Shown: positions 1-805 of the stretch, piece by piece
Layout of the letters: every line of letters begins with the position of its first letter
How positions within the stretch are numbered: the first letter of the stretch is position 1
Assembly: GCF_003334765.1 (NCBI RefSeq)
Contig: NZ_QOWT01000096.1
DNA: 805 nt
Reading direction: 5' to 3' (one strand)
Source of the DNA: Escherichia coli
GTDB taxonomy: Bacteria; Pseudomonadota; Gammaproteobacteria; Enterobacterales; Enterobacteriaceae
Translations under genes and position numbers: made by a program
The notes under the pieces: generated by a model
Databases searched by the model: none
What the model was told of the DNA's origin: nothing
The model's input: only the letters and a program-made list of their open reading frames with translations

Positions 1-805
1 CTGAAACGTATTTTGCCTGGTAACGGGCGTCATCAAGTGCATTATGGCGCTCACCTTCGAATGGAATAGCCGTTCTGGCATCGAAGTCTATGGCTTTCCC
101 CAGCTCAACGATTGTGCGTACATCGCGATCGTTGTAGTAACGCCACGGGCAGGGGATCCCCTGCCGTTCGTATGAACGGCGCAAAATCGTGTTGTCGAAG
201 TTGGCTCCATTTCCCCAAACCTGAACAAAAAATTCACCGGAGTTTTCGTCGATAAATTCCCGCAATTGTAACAGTGCATCATCTAACGGGATTTCATCGG
301 TCATAATGGCAGATTGCGCTTCGCGTGATTGCTTAAGCCACCATTTAATGGTGTCCCGATCAATGACTCCGCCAGCAGTTTCCAGATCGATAGTCTTACT
401 AAATTCCGGTCCCATATCTCCGGTTTGCGGATCGAAAAATATTGCACCTATTGAGATGATCGGGGCATCAGGATTTTTTCCCATGGTTTCAAGGTCGATC
501 ATTAGATGGTCACACGTCCTGCTGGTGGATGTGATTTCTTGATGACCGTTCACCTTAATTGAGTGATCTGCCGTCTCGCCAGTTTCATTATCGCTATCGT
601 GATGCTGATTGCCGCCAGTGTTCTCCTTGTGTGGATGTTCAGCGCCTTCCATTTCCTCCGGATCATCTTCCTGAACTTCAACCTGATACTCTTCATCGAA
701 TGTTTCTTGGTATGTTGCGTCGCCCATCACCGCGCCACAATCAGGGCAGTTGCCGCCGCCGGTCTGACCGCAGGCGGTGCAGACTTTTTCCACTTCCTGT
801 TGCGC
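1..805 (-). CDS. Internal fragment (5' and 3' ends outside window) of a large prophage-type nuclease: RecE-like Cys4 zinc ribbon and acidic linker followed by a DEDDh (DnaQ-like) 3'-5' exonuclease domain
   Basis: Reverse-complement translation in the frame where + 803..805 is codon 1 gives 268 consecutive sense codons with no stop: [268 protein letters not shown]. It contains recognisable exonuclease motifs and an enterobacterial-looking codon pattern. The other five frames are broken by stops or give only the short ORFs in the track. Confidence 0.88.
148..165. repeat. Perfect 18-bp palindrome GGCAGGGGATCCCCTGCC (9-bp arms, no spacer, GATC at the centre)
   Basis: Read directly: + 148..165 equals its own reverse complement; position 147/166 breaks the symmetry. 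Lies inside the CDS (codons for R-Q-G-I-P-C-P). Confidence 0.95.
163..180. repeat. Inverted repeat / hairpin: 7-bp stem GCCGTTC (163..169) and GAACGGC (174..180) with a 4-nt loop GTAT
   Basis: Read directly; overlaps the 3 terminal bases of the 18-bp palindrome, giving a 33-bp block (148..180) of dense dyad symmetry. Confidence 0.85.
566..721 (-). other. Acidic, His-containing low-complexity linker between the zinc ribbon and the exonuclease domain
   Basis: Translation [53 protein letters not shown] is dominated by D/E with several H, G and N and has no hydrophobic core pattern, consistent with a flexible interdomain linker. Confidence 0.6.
737..781 (-). other. Cys4 zinc-ribbon-like motif (CxxC-x7-CxxC)
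   Basis: Translation [19 protein letters not shown]: Cys codons at + 779..781, 770..772, 746..748 and 737..739. Glycine-rich spacer typical of small zinc ribbons. Confidence 0.6.

Larger units (their letters stand above)
2..514 (-). other. DEDDh-type 3'-5' exonuclease domain (DnaQ-like superfamily), continuing past the window edge
   Basis: Exo I motif D-x-E in [12 protein letters not shown] (Asp at + 494..496, Glu at + 488..490). Exo II-like motif WGNGANFD (Asp at + 194..196). Exo III motif H-x4-D in HNALDDA (His at + 44..46, Asp at + 29..31). Order and spacing (about 100 and 50 residues) are typical of DEDDh exonucleases. Confidence 0.82.

Noticed and set aside
154-159. BamHI site (GGATCC) and NcoI site (CCATGG at 481..486) as possible cloning scars or engineered junctions
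   Set aside because: Single six-cutter sites are expected by chance at this frequency. Both sit within a continuous natural-looking reading frame, and the BamHI site is simply the core of the longer palindrome.
88-282. Minus-strand ORF of 64 aa from the supplied track
   Set aside because: It is in a different minus-strand frame from the continuous 268-codon frame and overlaps the DEDDh motif II region. Its product has no domain-like features; an out-of-frame artefact.
500-520. Possible internal translation start at Met102 (ATG at + 500..502) giving a stand-alone DEDDh exonuclease, with an AGGA at + 517..520
   Set aside because: The AGGA is about 14 nt from the ATG, too far for a good Shine-Dalgarno, and the reading frame continues upstream without interruption through sequence with its own recognisable motifs. 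A single fused protein is the simpler reading, though an internal start cannot be excluded without expression data.
306-542. Plus-strand ORF of 78 aa from the supplied track
   Set aside because: It lies antisense to the motif-bearing minus-strand frame. Its translation ([30 protein letters not shown]...) is Ser/Arg-rich with no recognisable motif, typical of a shadow ORF opposite a real gene.
1-805. A novel multi-gene defence or anti-defence system
   Set aside because: The window holds an internal fragment of one gene only, with no gene boundaries, operon structure or neighbours visible. Any system-level claim would be invention; only the domain architecture can be assessed.

Overview
The whole 805-bp window lies inside one gene read on the minus strand; no intergenic DNA, RNA gene, CRISPR array or mobile-element end is visible. 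Translating the reverse complement with + 803..805 as the first full codon gives 268 codons with no stop, so both the start and the stop lie outside the window. In gene order the fragment encodes: (i) a CxxC-x7-CxxC zinc-ribbon-like motif, (ii) a strongly acidic, His-containing low-complexity linker, and (iii) a DEDDh (DnaQ-like) 3'-5' exonuclease domain with all catalytic motifs intact. The zinc ribbon and linker closely resemble, from memory and not verified by search, the segment just upstream of the nuclease domain in RecE (exodeoxyribonuclease VIII) of E. coli Rac-type prophages. This suggests a mosaic prophage recombination-module nuclease in an enterobacterial background. The two ORFs in the supplied track are antisense or out-of-frame artefacts; the true frame is missing from the track because it is open at both ends. 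Sequence-level oddities are an 18-bp perfect palindrome with an adjacent hairpin inside the coding region, and roughly three-fold GATC enrichment. Nothing here supports a multi-gene system; any novelty is at the level of domain architecture and needs flanking sequence and a homology search to assess.
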